Source: an uncultured Clostridia bacterium
GTDB taxonomy: Bacteria; Bacillota; Clostridia; Christensenellales; Borkfalkiaceae
Direction of reading: 5' to 3'
NCBI GenBank assembly: GCA_944354535.1
Contig: CALVPY010000009.1
Span: 1,599-65,598, forward strand
Length of the DNA stretch: 64,000 nucleotides
The notes under the pieces are model-generated. The model had not been told where the DNA came from, ran no database searches, and was given only the letters and a program-made list of their open reading frames with translations. Below, in pieces: positions 9,382 to 18,935 of this stretch (position 1 is the stretch's first letter; each line of letters starts with the position of its first letter). Position numbers and translations under genes: made by a program.

Positions 9382-11109
9382 ATGTTTCGCCTCATTCGCT
9401 ATCTCACCAAAAAACAAGTTTTCTTCTTTCTGTTGCTCCTTGCATTCCTCGTTGTGCAGGTATTCTGCGATGTCACGCTTCCCACCTACACGGCGCGCAT
9501 CGTCGAGCAGATGCAGGCGGGCGCAGAGGCGTTTTCCATCCTCAAAACAGGCGGCATCATGCTCGTCTTTGCGGCGGTGAGCGTCCTTGCAACGATCGCA
9601 GAGACCTTCCTCTCCGCTTCCATCTCAACGGGCCTCGGGCGGCGGCTGAGAGGGGAGGTGTTCTCGCACGTTCTATCCCTTTCCGACCGCACGGCAGGTT
9701 CGTTCACGGCGGGCTCGCTCTTGACGCGCACCACCAACGACGTCCAGCAGGTCGTCTCTTCAATGGTGCTCATCCTGCGCCTCGGCGTGGGCGCGCCCCT
9801 CATGGCGGGCATGGCGATCGTCCGCATCGCCCGATCGAGCGGCGAACTCACCTTCGTCACGGCGGGCGCCGTCGTCATCCTGCTTTGCGGCATCGCATCG
9901 ATCCTTGCGGTCACGCTGCCCCGCTTCAAGCTCGTCCAGAAGCTCACCGACCGCCTCAACGGCACCTTGCGCGATACGCTCACGGGCATCCGCGTCGTGC
10001 GCGCCTACAATGCGGAAGAATATGAGCGCACCCGCTTCGAAGAGGTGAGCGCCGCCCTTCAGAAGAACAACACCTTCGCAGGCCGCGCAATGGCGCTCAT
10101 GAACCCCCTCATGATGCTCATCTTCAACGGTCTGACGCTCGCCATCTATTGGCTGGGCTGCTTTATTATCGTGCGCGACAACAACGCCGCCTTCTTCCCC
10201 GAAATGTTCTCCTTCACCCAGCTCGCCTCGCAGGTCGTCACGGCGTTCATGGTGCTCATCATGCTCTTCAACATGATCCCGCGCGCCCAGGTCTCCGCAA
10301 AGCGCATTTTAGAAGTGCTCCAAAAGCAGTCCGAACTCAAAGACCCCGCCGCTCCCGCCGCCTATGCCCCCGACGGCTCCATCGAGATGAAGAACGTCTC
10401 CGCAAGTTACGGCGGCGCGCCCGTTTTGAGCAAAGTCACATTCCGCGTGGAGAAGGGGCAGACGCTCGCCGTCGTGGGCGGCACGGGCGCAGGCAAGACG
10501 ACGCTTCTGAAACTCCTTTTGCGCTTTCTCGATGCCGACGCGGGCGAAGTCTTCGTTGGCGGCACAAACGTCAAGGACGTCCCGCAAAGCGAGCTCCGCA
10601 GACATCTCGGCTACGCCCCGCAAAAGAGCGCGCTCCTTTCGGGTACCATCCGCGAAAACCTCGCCTTTGCCGAGCCCTCGCTTTCGGACGATAAGCTCAT
10701 GGCGGCAGCCGACGCCGCCTGCGCCGCCGGGTTCATCACGGAAAAGGGGGGCTTGCAGGCAGAGGTCGCCCAGGGCGGGCGCAACTTCTCGGGCGGGCAG
10801 CGCCAGCGCCTCTCCATCGCCCGCGCTCTTGCGGCAAAGCCTTCTTATGTGCTCTTTGACGACAGCTTCTCCGCGCTCGACTTCGCAACGGACGCCCAAG
10901 TTAGGAAAAACCTCAAAGAGCGCTTTGCAGGTACCACCAAAGTCATCGTCGCCCAGCGCATCTCCACCGTGCGCGATGCCGACGTCATCGTCGTTTTGGA
11001 TCACGGCCAAATGGCGGGCGCCGGCACGCACGAAGAATTGCTTAAAACCTGCCCCGCCTATCGCGAAATCGCCGAATCTCAATTATCCCAAGAGGAGCTT
11101 GCAAGATGA
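9382..11109 (+). CDS. ABC exporter permease/ATPase fusion, degenerate-site subunit of a heterodimer
   Basis: RBS GGGAGGG precedes the ATG at 9382, and the 9073 extension lacks transporter features. It has 6 TM helices followed by an NBD with Walker A GGTGAGKTT and signature FSGGQRQR. Walker B is VLFDDSFS, so the catalytic Glu after Walker B is replaced. Confidence 0.85.
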   Translation: MFRLIRYLTKKQVFFFLLLLAFLVVQVFCDVTLPTYTARIVEQMQAGAEAFSILKTGGIMLVFAAVSVLATIAETFLSASISTGLGRRLRGEVFSHVLSLSDRTAGSFTAGSLLTRTTNDVQQVVSSMVLILRLGVGAPLMAGMAIVRIARSSGELTFVTAGAVVILLCGIASILAVTLPRFKLVQKLTDRLNGTLRDTLTGIRVVRAYNAEEYERTRFEEVSAALQKNNTFAGRAMALMNPLMMLIFNGLTLAIYWLGCFIIVRDNNAAFFPEMFSFTQLASQVVTAFMVLIMLFNMIPRAQVSAKRILEVLQKQSELKDPAAPAAYAPDGSIEMKNVSASYGGAPVLSKVTFRVEKGQTLAVVGGTGAGKTTLLKLLLRFLDADAGEVFVGGTNVKDVPQSELRRHLGYAPQKSALLSGTIRENLAFAEPSLSDDKLMAAADAACAAGFITEKGGLQAEVAQGGRNFSGGQRQRLSIARALAAKPSYVLFDDSFSALDFATDAQVRKNLKERFAGTTKVIVAQRISTVRDADVIVVLDHGQMAGAGTHEELLKTCPAYREIAESQLSQEELAR

Positions 11110-12878
11110 AACAACATAAGAACACATCGCCGCTTTCCAAATTACTTCGCTACTGCAAGCGCCATCTTGCGGGGTTTGTCGCCGTGCTCGTTTTGAGCAT
11201 CGCGGGCGTCTTTCTCACCGTCTTTGCCGCCACCTTCTTAAAAGAGCTCACCGACTACATCGAATCGGCATCCCGTCAGGCATCGGACTCGCTGACGATG
11301 GCAGACGTCATCGATATGAACGTCATCCTCCGCCTCGGCTTGACGCTCACGGGCATGTACTTAGGCTCTGCGCTCTGCTCCTATCTTCAAGCCTATCTCA
11401 TGGCGGGCATCAATCAGAGCGTCGCGCGCCGTTTGCGCACGGATATCTCCGCCAAGCTCGGCAGGCTTCCCATGCGCTATTTCGACGGCCACGCTCTGGG
11501 CGATACGCTCTCCCGCGTCACCAACGACGTCGATACCGTCGCCCAATCCATGGCAAGCTCGCTGAGCACGTCGCTCACGGCGGCGGTGCAGCTCGTTGTC
11601 GTCATCGTCATGATGTTTCTCACCGACCCGTGGATGACGCTCACCGCCTTTGCGACCGTTCCTTTCTCTCTCCTTGTCATCGCCTTTATCGTGCGCCGCT
11701 CGCAGAAGTACTTCCGCGCCCAACAGCAGCGGCTCGGGGCGCTCAACGGCTGTGCAGAGGAGTACTACTCCTCGCTCGAGCTCATCCGCGCCTATGGCGC
11801 CGAGGAGCGCGCCCTGCAAAACTTCGAAGAGGGCAACGAACGCCTCCGCGCTTCCATGTACCGCGCTAACGTCATCTCGGCGATCGCCCATCCGCTGACG
11901 ACCTTCATCTCCAAGCTCGGCTATGTCGCCATCTGCGTGGTGGGGGGTATCCTGATGGCGCGCGGCGGGGCGACGCTCGGCGATCTTGCCGCCTTCCTTC
12001 TCTATATCAATCTCTTCCAGTCTCCCCTGTCGCAGCTCGGGCAGGCGGCGAACTTGTTCCAGTCCGCCTCTGCCGCCGCGGGCCGCGTCTTCGAATTCCT
12101 CGAAGAGGAGGAAGAACCGCAGGAAACGCCCGCCGCGCACATTTCGCCCGAAGAAGTGAGGGGCGCCGTCGAATTCCGTCACGTCTCCTTCGGGTACGAT
12201 CCTTCCCATCCCGTCCTCCGCGATTTTTCCGCCACCGTCCAAGCGGGGCAGAAGGTCGCCATCGTCGGCCCCACGGGCGCGGGCAAGACGACGCTCGTCA
12301 ATCTTCTGATGCGCTTTTACGAGTGCGAAGGGGACATCCTCATCGACGGCGTCTCCATCAAATCGCTCTCCCGCGCAAACGTGCGCGATCTCTTCTCCAT
12401 GGTGCTCCAGGATGCATGGGTATTCGGCGGCACGCTCAAAGAGAATGTCCTTTACAGCAAGCAGGGCGTCCCCGAAGAGCGCGTCAAAGAGGCGGTCATC
12501 GCTTCCGACATCTATCACCTCGTCGCGGCGCTCCCGCAGGGTGCGGAGACGGTCATCGGCGAAAATTCCCTCTCGGGCGGGCAGAAGCAGCTCGTCACAA
12601 TCGCCCGCGCCATGATCGAGGACGCGCCCATGCTCATTTTGGACGAGGCGACTTCAAACGTCGACACCCGCACCGAGCGCACCATTCAGGCGGCGATGGA
12701 CGCCCTCACGAAGGGCCGCACGAGCTTCGTCATCGCCCACCGCCTCTCGACCATCCAAAATGCCGACCTCATTCTCGTGCTCGACCACGGCAACATCGTC
12801 GAACAGGGCACGCACGAAGAGCTCCTTGCCCGCCGCGGCTTCTACGCAAACCTCTACAACGCCCAGTTCGCAGGCTGA
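11106..12878 (+). CDS. ABC exporter permease/ATPase fusion, consensus-site subunit
   Basis: It has a 4-nt overlap with the upstream subunit. Walker A is GPTGAGKTT, signature LSGGQKQ, and Walker B the canonical LILDEATS. Confidence 0.9.
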   Translation: MKQHKNTSPLSKLLRYCKRHLAGFVAVLVLSIAGVFLTVFAATFLKELTDYIESASRQASDSLTMADVIDMNVILRLGLTLTGMYLGSALCSYLQAYLMAGINQSVARRLRTDISAKLGRLPMRYFDGHALGDTLSRVTNDVDTVAQSMASSLSTSLTAAVQLVVVIVMMFLTDPWMTLTAFATVPFSLLVIAFIVRRSQKYFRAQQQRLGALNGCAEEYYSSLELIRAYGAEERALQNFEEGNERLRASMYRANVISAIAHPLTTFISKLGYVAICVVGGILMARGGATLGDLAAFLLYINLFQSPLSQLGQAANLFQSASAAAGRVFEFLEEEEEPQETPAAHISPEEVRGAVEFRHVSFGYDPSHPVLRDFSATVQAGQKVAIVGPTGAGKTTLVNLLMRFYECEGDILIDGVSIKSLSRANVRDLFSMVLQDAWVFGGTLKENVLYSKQGVPEERVKEAVIASDIYHLVAALPQGAETVIGENSLSGGQKQLVTIARAMIEDAPMLILDEATSNVDTRTERTIQAAMDALTKGRTSFVIAHRLSTIQNADLILVLDHGNIVEQGTHEELLARRGFYANLYNAQFAG

Positions 12879-12988
12879 AAAAAGGAAAATATTTTGTCAT
12901 TTCCAAAAATATCTTGATAGAACCTTACAGTTTTTTCTGCTATGATAAGAAAAAAGAGGGGAGCCGTACCTCTCCCGAGGAGAACATC

Positions 12989-13978
12989 ATGAAACGCGAA
13001 GAAGTCTTACAGAAATTAGGGTTTTCCATTCCCAACGAAAAGCGCATCCGCGTCATCGTCCACAGCGACCTTAAAAACGAGGCGGACGATCAGTACGCCG
13101 TCATGCATCACCTGCTTTCCCCCAACGAGGAAGTGCTCGGCATCATCGCGGGGCACTTCGAATGGTTCCCCCGCCTTGCCGAAGAAGTCGCCGCAAGAGG
13201 GGAGTCGGGCCGCTTCGGCGAAGGGCTTTCTGTCATGCTCTCCCGCAGGGGCAACACCATGCAGATGAGCTACGAAGAGGGCGAGCGCCTTTTATCTTTG
13301 GCGGGGATCGACGACGTGCCCCTTTTGAAGGGCGCGCAGTTTGAGCTCGCCCGCGGTGATGAGCCGAGCAAAGGCGCCAGATTCATCGTTCAAGAGGCGA
13401 TGAAGGAAGATAGCCGCCCGCTCTTCGTGTGTTTCTTAGGCGGCATCACCGATCTTGCCGCAGCCTACCGGCTCGAGCCCCGTATCGCACAAAAGCTCAC
13501 CGCCGTCTGGATCGGCGGCGGCTCCTATCCCGCGGGCAACCCCGAATTCAACCTCTGTCAGGATATCGACGCTGTCAACCTCGTCTTTCAAAGCGACATC
13601 CCGCTCTGGCAGATCCCGCAGGACGTCTACCGCACGATGGAAGTCAGTTTTTCCGAACTCGCTCTCCATGTCGCCCCCTGCGGCAAGCTCGGCAAATATC
13701 TCTTCGAGGAACTCGTCGAGACCTCGCAGACCATCATCGGCACCGAAAAGGACCGTTTCCCCGAAACATGGGTGCTGGGCGACAACCCCACGGTGAGCGT
13801 GCTCCTCGAATGGGGGCAGCACTACTTTGATGAGATCCCCGCGCCCCATGTCAACGCCGACGGCACCTATTCGGAAGGCGCAGACAAGGCGCGCATCATC
13901 CGCGTCTATCGCTCGGTCAACGTGGGGCTCACCTTCCGCGACCTCTTTGCAAAGCTCGAACTTTGCTACAAGCCATAA
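12989..13978 (+). CDS. nucleoside hydrolase-like (IUNH-fold) protein
   Basis: RBS GAGGAGA precedes the ATG at 12989, and the upstream part of the 12323 ORF is an Arg/His-rich shadow of the ABC gene. VIVHSDLKNEADDQYAVMHHLLSPNEEVLGIIAGH resembles the DxDxxxDD aspartate cluster of IUNH-fold proteins. Confidence 0.5.
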   Translation: MKREEVLQKLGFSIPNEKRIRVIVHSDLKNEADDQYAVMHHLLSPNEEVLGIIAGHFEWFPRLAEEVAARGESGRFGEGLSVMLSRRGNTMQMSYEEGERLLSLAGIDDVPLLKGAQFELARGDEPSKGARFIVQEAMKEDSRPLFVCFLGGITDLAAAYRLEPRIAQKLTAVWIGGGSYPAGNPEFNLCQDIDAVNLVFQSDIPLWQIPQDVYRTMEVSFSELALHVAPCGKLGKYLFEELVETSQTIIGTEKDRFPETWVLGDNPTVSVLLEWGQHYFDEIPAPHVNADGTYSEGADKARIIRVYRSVNVGLTFRDLFAKLELCYKP

Positions 13979-13990
13979 AGGGGGATCATC

Positions 13991-16369
13991 ATGCCGGGAA
14001 CAAAGGACAGTCTGAAACGGGAAGCCGCTTCTCTTCTTTCCAAAATGACGGTCAGGGAAAAAGCTTCTCTTCTCTACGGGCGGCGCTTCTGGTACGTCAC
14101 GGGCAAGGAGACGGGGCAGCCTCTTCCCGAGATCATGGTAACGGACGGCCCGAGCGGCCTTAGAAAGCAGTGCGGCAAGGCAGATATGATCGGCCTCAAC
14201 GAGAGCGTCCCCTCCATCGCCTATCCCACGGGCTCGGCGCTCGCTTCCTCGTGGGATCCCGCCCTGCTCTTTTCGGTGGGGCAGGCGCTTGCAGAAGACT
14301 GCATCAAAGAAGAAGTCTCCGTCCTATTAGGCCCCGCCGTCAACCACAAGCGCGATCCCTTATGCGGCCGCAGCTTTGAATATTATTCGGAAGATCCGCT
14401 GCTCACCGCCGACCTCGGTACGGCGATGGTGCAGGGCATCCAGTCCAAGGGGGTGGGTGCGTGCGTCAAGCACTTTGCCTGCAACTCGCAGGAAGACGCC
14501 CGCTTCTTTTCGGACAGCATCGTCGACGAACGCGCCCTGCGCGAAATTTATCTTCGCCAGTTCGAAGCCATTCTCCGCCGCGCACAGCCGTGGATGGTCA
14601 TGACGGCGTACAACAAACTCAACGGCACCCACTGCACGGAAAACAGCCGCCTCATGACGGATATCGCCCGCCGCGAGTGGGGGTTTGAAGGGCTCTTCGT
14701 CACCGATTGGAGCGCCATGCGCGATCAGCTCGCCGCCTGCCGCGCGGGGCTCGATCTCGAAATGCCGGGCACCGTCGGGAGCGATCTCGATCTCGAAGAA
14801 GCCGTAAAAAAAGGCACGCTCTCCGAAGAAGTGCTCAACGAGCGCGCGGGCAAAGTCCTCGAACTGCTCTTAAAGAGCGGGCAGAAAAAGCCGACTCTTC
14901 CCAAGAACATGCAGGCGCAGCATCTCGCCATCGCCCGCCGCGCGGCGGAAGAGAGCGCCGTCCTCGTCAAAAACCAGAACATCCTGCCGTTCTCCGCAAA
15001 GCAGCCCATCCTCGTCATCGGCGCGTTTGCAAAGCAGCCCCGCTATCAGGGCGGCGGCAGCAGCAAGGTCATCCCCGTCCTGCTCGAAAACGCCCTCGAA
15101 GAGCTCCGAAAGCTGGGCGCAGAAGTCATCTATGCCGAAGGCTATACCCGCAATTCCACCGAGCCCGACCTCCCGCTCATCCAAGAAGCCGCCTCTCTTG
15201 CAAAGAAGTATTCTCAGACCGTCGTCTTTGCGGGTCTTCCCGAATCGTGCGAAACGGAAGGGGAGGACCGTACCACGCTCTCCCTGCCCGCTTCCCACAA
15301 CGCCCTCATCGAGGCAGTGCTCGAAGCCAACCCCGATGCGGCAGTCGTCCTCACCTCGGGCTCTCCCGTCACGCTCCCGTGGGAAGGGCGGGCAAAGGCC
15401 ATTCTTTGTACCTATCTTGCGGGCTGCTGCGGCGGCTCGGCGGCGGCAAACATTCTGCTCGGCAAGGTAAGCCCTTCGGGGAAGCTCGCCGAGACGTGGC
15501 CGCTGTCTTACGAAGATACCCCCGCAGCCGCTTACTATCACAAGCACGAAGACTACGCGGAATACCGCGAGAGCATCTTCACGGGCTACCGCTATTACGA
15601 CAGTGCGAAAAAGGACGTGCTCTTTCCTTTCGGCCACGGGCTCTCCTACACGACGTTCTCCTATTCCGATCTCCGCCTCGACGGCCATGTCGGCAAAGGC
15701 AAACCGCTCACGCTCTCCTTCCGCCTCAAAAACACGGGCAAGTGCCTCGGCAAAGAGACCGTTCAGGTCTACGTCCAAAAGAAGGACTCCCGCATCTTCC
15801 GTCCCGAAAAGGAGCTCAAAGCCTATTGTAAGTTCACCCTCGGCAAGGGCGCCGAAGTCCGCGCCGTCCTCACCCTCCCGTCCGAAAGCTTCGCCTTTTA
15901 CAATGCCGAGAGGGGAGCCTGGCAGACGGAGCCTGGCGTCTATTTCATCCTCGTGGGGGCAAGCTCGCGCGACATCCGCCTCGCCGCCGAAGTGTATGTA
16001 GAAGGGGACGGCGACGTGCCCGATCTCCGCGCAGTTGCGCCTGCCTACTACGATATGCCCTCCGCGCCCCAAGAACTTCCCGAGGATCAGTTCCTCGCCC
16101 TTGCCAAGGCGAAAAAGCCCAAAGAGCGCGACCGTACCACGATCACCCGCTATTCTCCCATCAAGGATCTCGCCTTTTCCAGGGGCGGCAGACCCATCTA
16201 CGAAAGTATCGTCAAGCGCGCCTCTTCCAATCCCGACCCCGAGATGGCAAAGACCAACCTCAGAATGGCGATGGATATGCCCGTCATGAACCTGTTCATG
16301 GGCAATTCCCGCCGCAGCGAGGTGGACAAAATTTTGCAAACGGCCAACGGCGGCACGCCCGAGGAATGA
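13991..16369 (+). CDS. glycoside hydrolase family 3 beta-glucosidase-like
   Basis: RBS AAGGGGGA. GH3 hallmarks are present: MTVREKASLL, VTDGPSGLR, KHFACNSQE, and the nucleophile context FVTDWSAM. A C-terminal Fn3-like region follows. Confidence 0.9.
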   Translation: MPGTKDSLKREAASLLSKMTVREKASLLYGRRFWYVTGKETGQPLPEIMVTDGPSGLRKQCGKADMIGLNESVPSIAYPTGSALASSWDPALLFSVGQALAEDCIKEEVSVLLGPAVNHKRDPLCGRSFEYYSEDPLLTADLGTAMVQGIQSKGVGACVKHFACNSQEDARFFSDSIVDERALREIYLRQFEAILRRAQPWMVMTAYNKLNGTHCTENSRLMTDIARREWGFEGLFVTDWSAMRDQLAACRAGLDLEMPGTVGSDLDLEEAVKKGTLSEEVLNERAGKVLELLLKSGQKKPTLPKNMQAQHLAIARRAAEESAVLVKNQNILPFSAKQPILVIGAFAKQPRYQGGGSSKVIPVLLENALEELRKLGAEVIYAEGYTRNSTEPDLPLIQEAASLAKKYSQTVVFAGLPESCETEGEDRTTLSLPASHNALIEAVLEANPDAAVVLTSGSPVTLPWEGRAKAILCTYLAGCCGGSAAANILLGKVSPSGKLAETWPLSYEDTPAAAYYHKHEDYAEYRESIFTGYRYYDSAKKDVLFPFGHGLSYTTFSYSDLRLDGHVGKGKPLTLSFRLKNTGKCLGKETVQVYVQKKDSRIFRPEKELKAYCKFTLGKGAEVRAVLTLPSESFAFYNAERGAWQTEPGVYFILVGASSRDIRLAAEVYVEGDGDVPDLRAVAPAYYDMPSAPQELPEDQFLALAKAKKPKERDRTTITRYSPIKDLAFSRGGRPIYESIVKRASSNPDPEMAKTNLRMAMDMPVMNLFMGNSRRSEVDKILQTANGGTPEE

Positions 16370-16399
16370 CAATATTTTGATATAAAGGTGCAAAATAGT

Positions 16400-16432
16400 A
16401 AAAGAGCAGACCCTCACGGCCTGCTCTTTTTG
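16400..16432. terminator. bidirectional terminator between GH3 (+) and AraC regulator (-)
   Basis: AAAAGAGCAG-(11 nt)-CTGCTCTTTTT has A and T tracts on both sides and lies between convergent genes. Confidence 0.6.
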
Positions 16433-16467
16433 TATAATATTGAAGAATTCGTCCCTTCGTCCGCCCT

Positions 16468-17706
16468 TTACGCCTCACCGCGGGCGCGGTATTCGCTCGG
16501 GGTCATGCCCGTCTGCTCCTTGAAGAGCTTCTGAAAATAACTCTGCGAAGAAAAGTCGAAGTACCCCGAAATTTCCGCAAGCGATTTATCGGTAAAGCGC
16601 AGAAAGCGCTTGGCTTCGATGATCTTCTGGCGGTTGATGTACTGCGAAAGGCCCATGCCGACCTCTTCCTTGAACTTGCGCGAAAGGTACGCCCGGCTCG
16701 TCTTGGTCAGCTTCGCGAGATCGTCGAGCCCGATCTTTTCCGAAAGGTTCTGCTGGATATAGGCGACGGCGCGGTCGATGGTGGGGTTGCCCGTGTGTCG
16801 GCACTGCAATTCTTTGATGCGCTGCGCAAACTCCATCGTGATGCTGTAACGGATATGGAAGAGCTGCGAAATGGTCGTGCACTCCTCCGTCTGGCGGATA
16901 TAGATATCGCGGAGGGAGAGCACTTCCTCGGGGTTGAGCTCGGTCGAAAGCACCGCGCTCGTGACGATGGCGATGGATGCGATCATGGCATTTTTCACTT
17001 CGCGGATGCCTTCGGGCGATTCCGGGGTCGCAGAGGGCATTTCAACGCGCATCCAGTACGATTTGAGCTGCTCGGGCATCCCGTTGGTGATGTAGTAGAG
17101 GATGAGCTGTTCGCTCGCCGCATAGTTCGTAGACGGCGAATCTCCTTCGAGCGCCGCCTCTTCCTTTGCTCTGAGCGTCTCTTTCCCGACCGTCTCATTC
17201 AGCTTCCGCGCGAGCAGGGCGCTGAGCTTGTCCTCAAGTTCGCTCTCGTCCGCTTCCTCTCCGCGGACGGCGTTGACGGCGCCGACGGTGAGCGCCAAAA
17301 AACAGGCGTCGTGCATCACGGGGATGCACGAAAGATAGGCATGAAGGGGAGCCGCCAGCTTTTTGTCGAAGGAGATATGCTGCTCTTTTTCCAGCTTTTC
17401 GATGGCTTCCTGCATGGTGAGCGGCCCGACGGGCAGCGAATGCGAGGGGCCCAAAACAACTTTCAGCCCGTTCTCGTCGTCGCGGACGCAGGAAAGCGCG
17501 AACACGCTGTCCGTCACGGCAAACGAGACGGGAGCGTCCGATCGGAGCAGCGTCTTCATCGGAAGCTCCAAAAACGCTTCCTCATCCTCTTTGAGATCGC
17601 TCGGCCCGAAGGCTTGAAGCAGCTTCTCCCCGCGGAAGATGCGCACAGGGATGTGCGAGCTCAGGTAGAGATTGTTGCAATACTGCCGTAAGATATGTTC
17701 TTTCAT
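16468..17706 (-). CDS. AraC-family transcriptional regulator
   Basis: It has a C-terminal double HTH (LSRKFKEEVGMGLSQYINRQKIIEAKRFL...SSQSYFQKLFKEQTGMTPSEYR). It is divergent from the ABC import operon across an AT-rich gap. Confidence 0.85.
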   Translation of the reverse strand: MKEHILRQYCNNLYLSSHIPVRIFRGEKLLQAFGPSDLKEDEEAFLELPMKTLLRSDAPVSFAVTDSVFALSCVRDDENGLKVVLGPSHSLPVGPLTMQEAIEKLEKEQHISFDKKLAAPLHAYLSCIPVMHDACFLALTVGAVNAVRGEEADESELEDKLSALLARKLNETVGKETLRAKEEAALEGDSPSTNYAASEQLILYYITNGMPEQLKSYWMRVEMPSATPESPEGIREVKNAMIASIAIVTSAVLSTELNPEEVLSLRDIYIRQTEECTTISQLFHIRYSITMEFAQRIKELQCRHTGNPTIDRAVAYIQQNLSEKIGLDDLAKLTKTSRAYLSRKFKEEVGMGLSQYINRQKIIEAKRFLRFTDKSLAEISGYFDFSSQSYFQKLFKEQTGMTPSEYRARGEA

Positions 17707-17840
17707 TGTGATTTCCCCCCAAAACTATTTTCATTATAAACAAAAGGCAATATTTTGTCAAATAGGTATAAAGATTAAAATACACATCGGATAAAAAAAT
17801 GTAAAATAAGGGCACACAAACGTGATAAGGAGGTCATCAT

Positions 17841-18914
17841 ATGGTGAAAACTTCGCCCGGGGCCGCGGATACCGCCGCAGAGGAAGAGCTCATCCTTTCA
17901 GGATCGGAAGAGAGCGCCGCCCTCGCGGCTCCCGTGTCGGACGCAGCCGCCGAGAAGGAGAATATGGCGCGGATCAAAAAGATCGGCCATGTGCCGTGGA
18001 AGAAGGACTTCAAGACCAATTGGGTCATCTACTGTCTCTTCCTTCCCGTGCTCGTCTGGCTCATCCTCTTCCATTATCTGCCCATCGGCTTCAGTATCCC
18101 GCTCGCTTTCAAGGACTATAAGGATCATCTCGGTATTTTCAACAGCCCCTGGAACGGATGGGAAAACTTCAAGTACCTGTTCACGGGCGGCGGCGTGGGA
18201 GGGAGCGAGTTCCTGCTCGCACTGCGCAACACCTTCGCGATCGGCGGGCTCAATCTGACGATCGGCTTCATCGTCCCCGTCCTCTTCGCACTGCTCGTCT
18301 CGCAGCTTCGCTTCAAGAAGTACAAGCGCGTCTGCCAGATGCTCTCGTATCTTCCCAACTTCGTCGCATCCGTCGTCATCGTCCAGATCATGCAGAACCT
18401 GCTCGATCGCGACGGCGCGCTCACGATGATGTTCCATAACCTCTTCGGCGCGCCCAACACCAATTGGCTCGCGGACGATACGCCCGCCTTTTGGGGCTGG
18501 TACATCCTGTTCTCCGTGTGGCAGGGCTTCGGGTACGGCTCCATCACCTATGTCTCGGCGATCTCCAACATCAGCGAAGATCTCTACGAGGCAGCCGCCA
18601 TCGACGGTGCGAACCGCTGGCAGATGATGTGGAAAATCACGCTCCCCGGCATCATGCCCCTGATCCTCATGCTTTGGCTGTTGCAGATCGGCGTCGTCTT
18701 CAAGGTGGGCTTCGACAGGACCTTCCTTCTCTACAACGCCTCGACGAATGCCGACGTCTGCGATACGCTCTTTTCCTACACCATGCGCATGACGCTCAAC
18801 GGCAACCTCGGCATTGCGACGGTATCCAGTCTCTTCCAGTCCGTCGTCGGCACCGTGCTGATGCTGTTCGGGAATTGGATCTCGCGCAAGTCCGCAGGTG
18901 TTAGTATGTTTTAA
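17841..18914 (+). CDS. carbohydrate ABC transporter permease (LplB-like)
   Basis: AAGGAGG lies 7 nt before the ATG at 17841. It has multiple TM helices and the EAA loop YEAAAIDGANRWQMMWKITLP. An alternative start at 17964 (MARIKK) is possible. Confidence 0.85.
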   Translation: MVKTSPGAADTAAEEELILSGSEESAALAAPVSDAAAEKENMARIKKIGHVPWKKDFKTNWVIYCLFLPVLVWLILFHYLPIGFSIPLAFKDYKDHLGIFNSPWNGWENFKYLFTGGGVGGSEFLLALRNTFAIGGLNLTIGFIVPVLFALLVSQLRFKKYKRVCQMLSYLPNFVASVVIVQIMQNLLDRDGALTMMFHNLFGAPNTNWLADDTPAFWGWYILFSVWQGFGYGSITYVSAISNISEDLYEAAAIDGANRWQMMWKITLPGIMPLILMLWLLQIGVVFKVGFDRTFLLYNASTNADVCDTLFSYTMRMTLNGNLGIATVSSLFQSVVGTVLMLFGNWISRKSAGVSMF

Positions 18915-18935
18915 CGAAAGGAGGGTTTGAAAACT

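Noticed and set aside
12323-12988. N-terminal 222-aa extension of the ORF 12323-13978
   Set aside because: The extension is an Arg/His/Pro-rich out-of-frame reading of the ABC transporter gene. A good RBS and an ATG at 12989 begin the recognisable nucleoside-hydrolase-like sequence. The same logic was used to trim the ORFs listed as starting at 1967, 3860, 9073, 21884, 29899, 33739, 36974, 41168, 45714, 56534, 61438 and 62631, and the minus-strand ORFs whose listed 5' ends are at 41138 and 51577.
14870-16417. 515-aa minus-strand ORF, and similar long antisense or out-of-frame ORFs (e.g. 17898-19127, 24728-26203, 26975-28294, 30967-32376, 32318-33667, 34003-35250, 36920-38143, 38183-39232, 44046-45167, 44836-45933, 50141-51715)
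   Set aside because: Each overlaps a gene with clear family motifs on the other strand or frame. Their products are Arg/Gly/Ala/His-rich without recognisable domains or RBS. They are treated as GC-driven spurious ORFs.
17707-17840. AT-rich divergent intergenic region between the AraC gene and the first permease as specific promoters/operators
   Set aside because: Several TTG...TA(A/T)AAT combinations are possible (e.g. TTGTCA ... TAAAAT with 15-nt spacing) but none is clearly superior. A regulatory region is certainly present, but I cannot pin exact elements.
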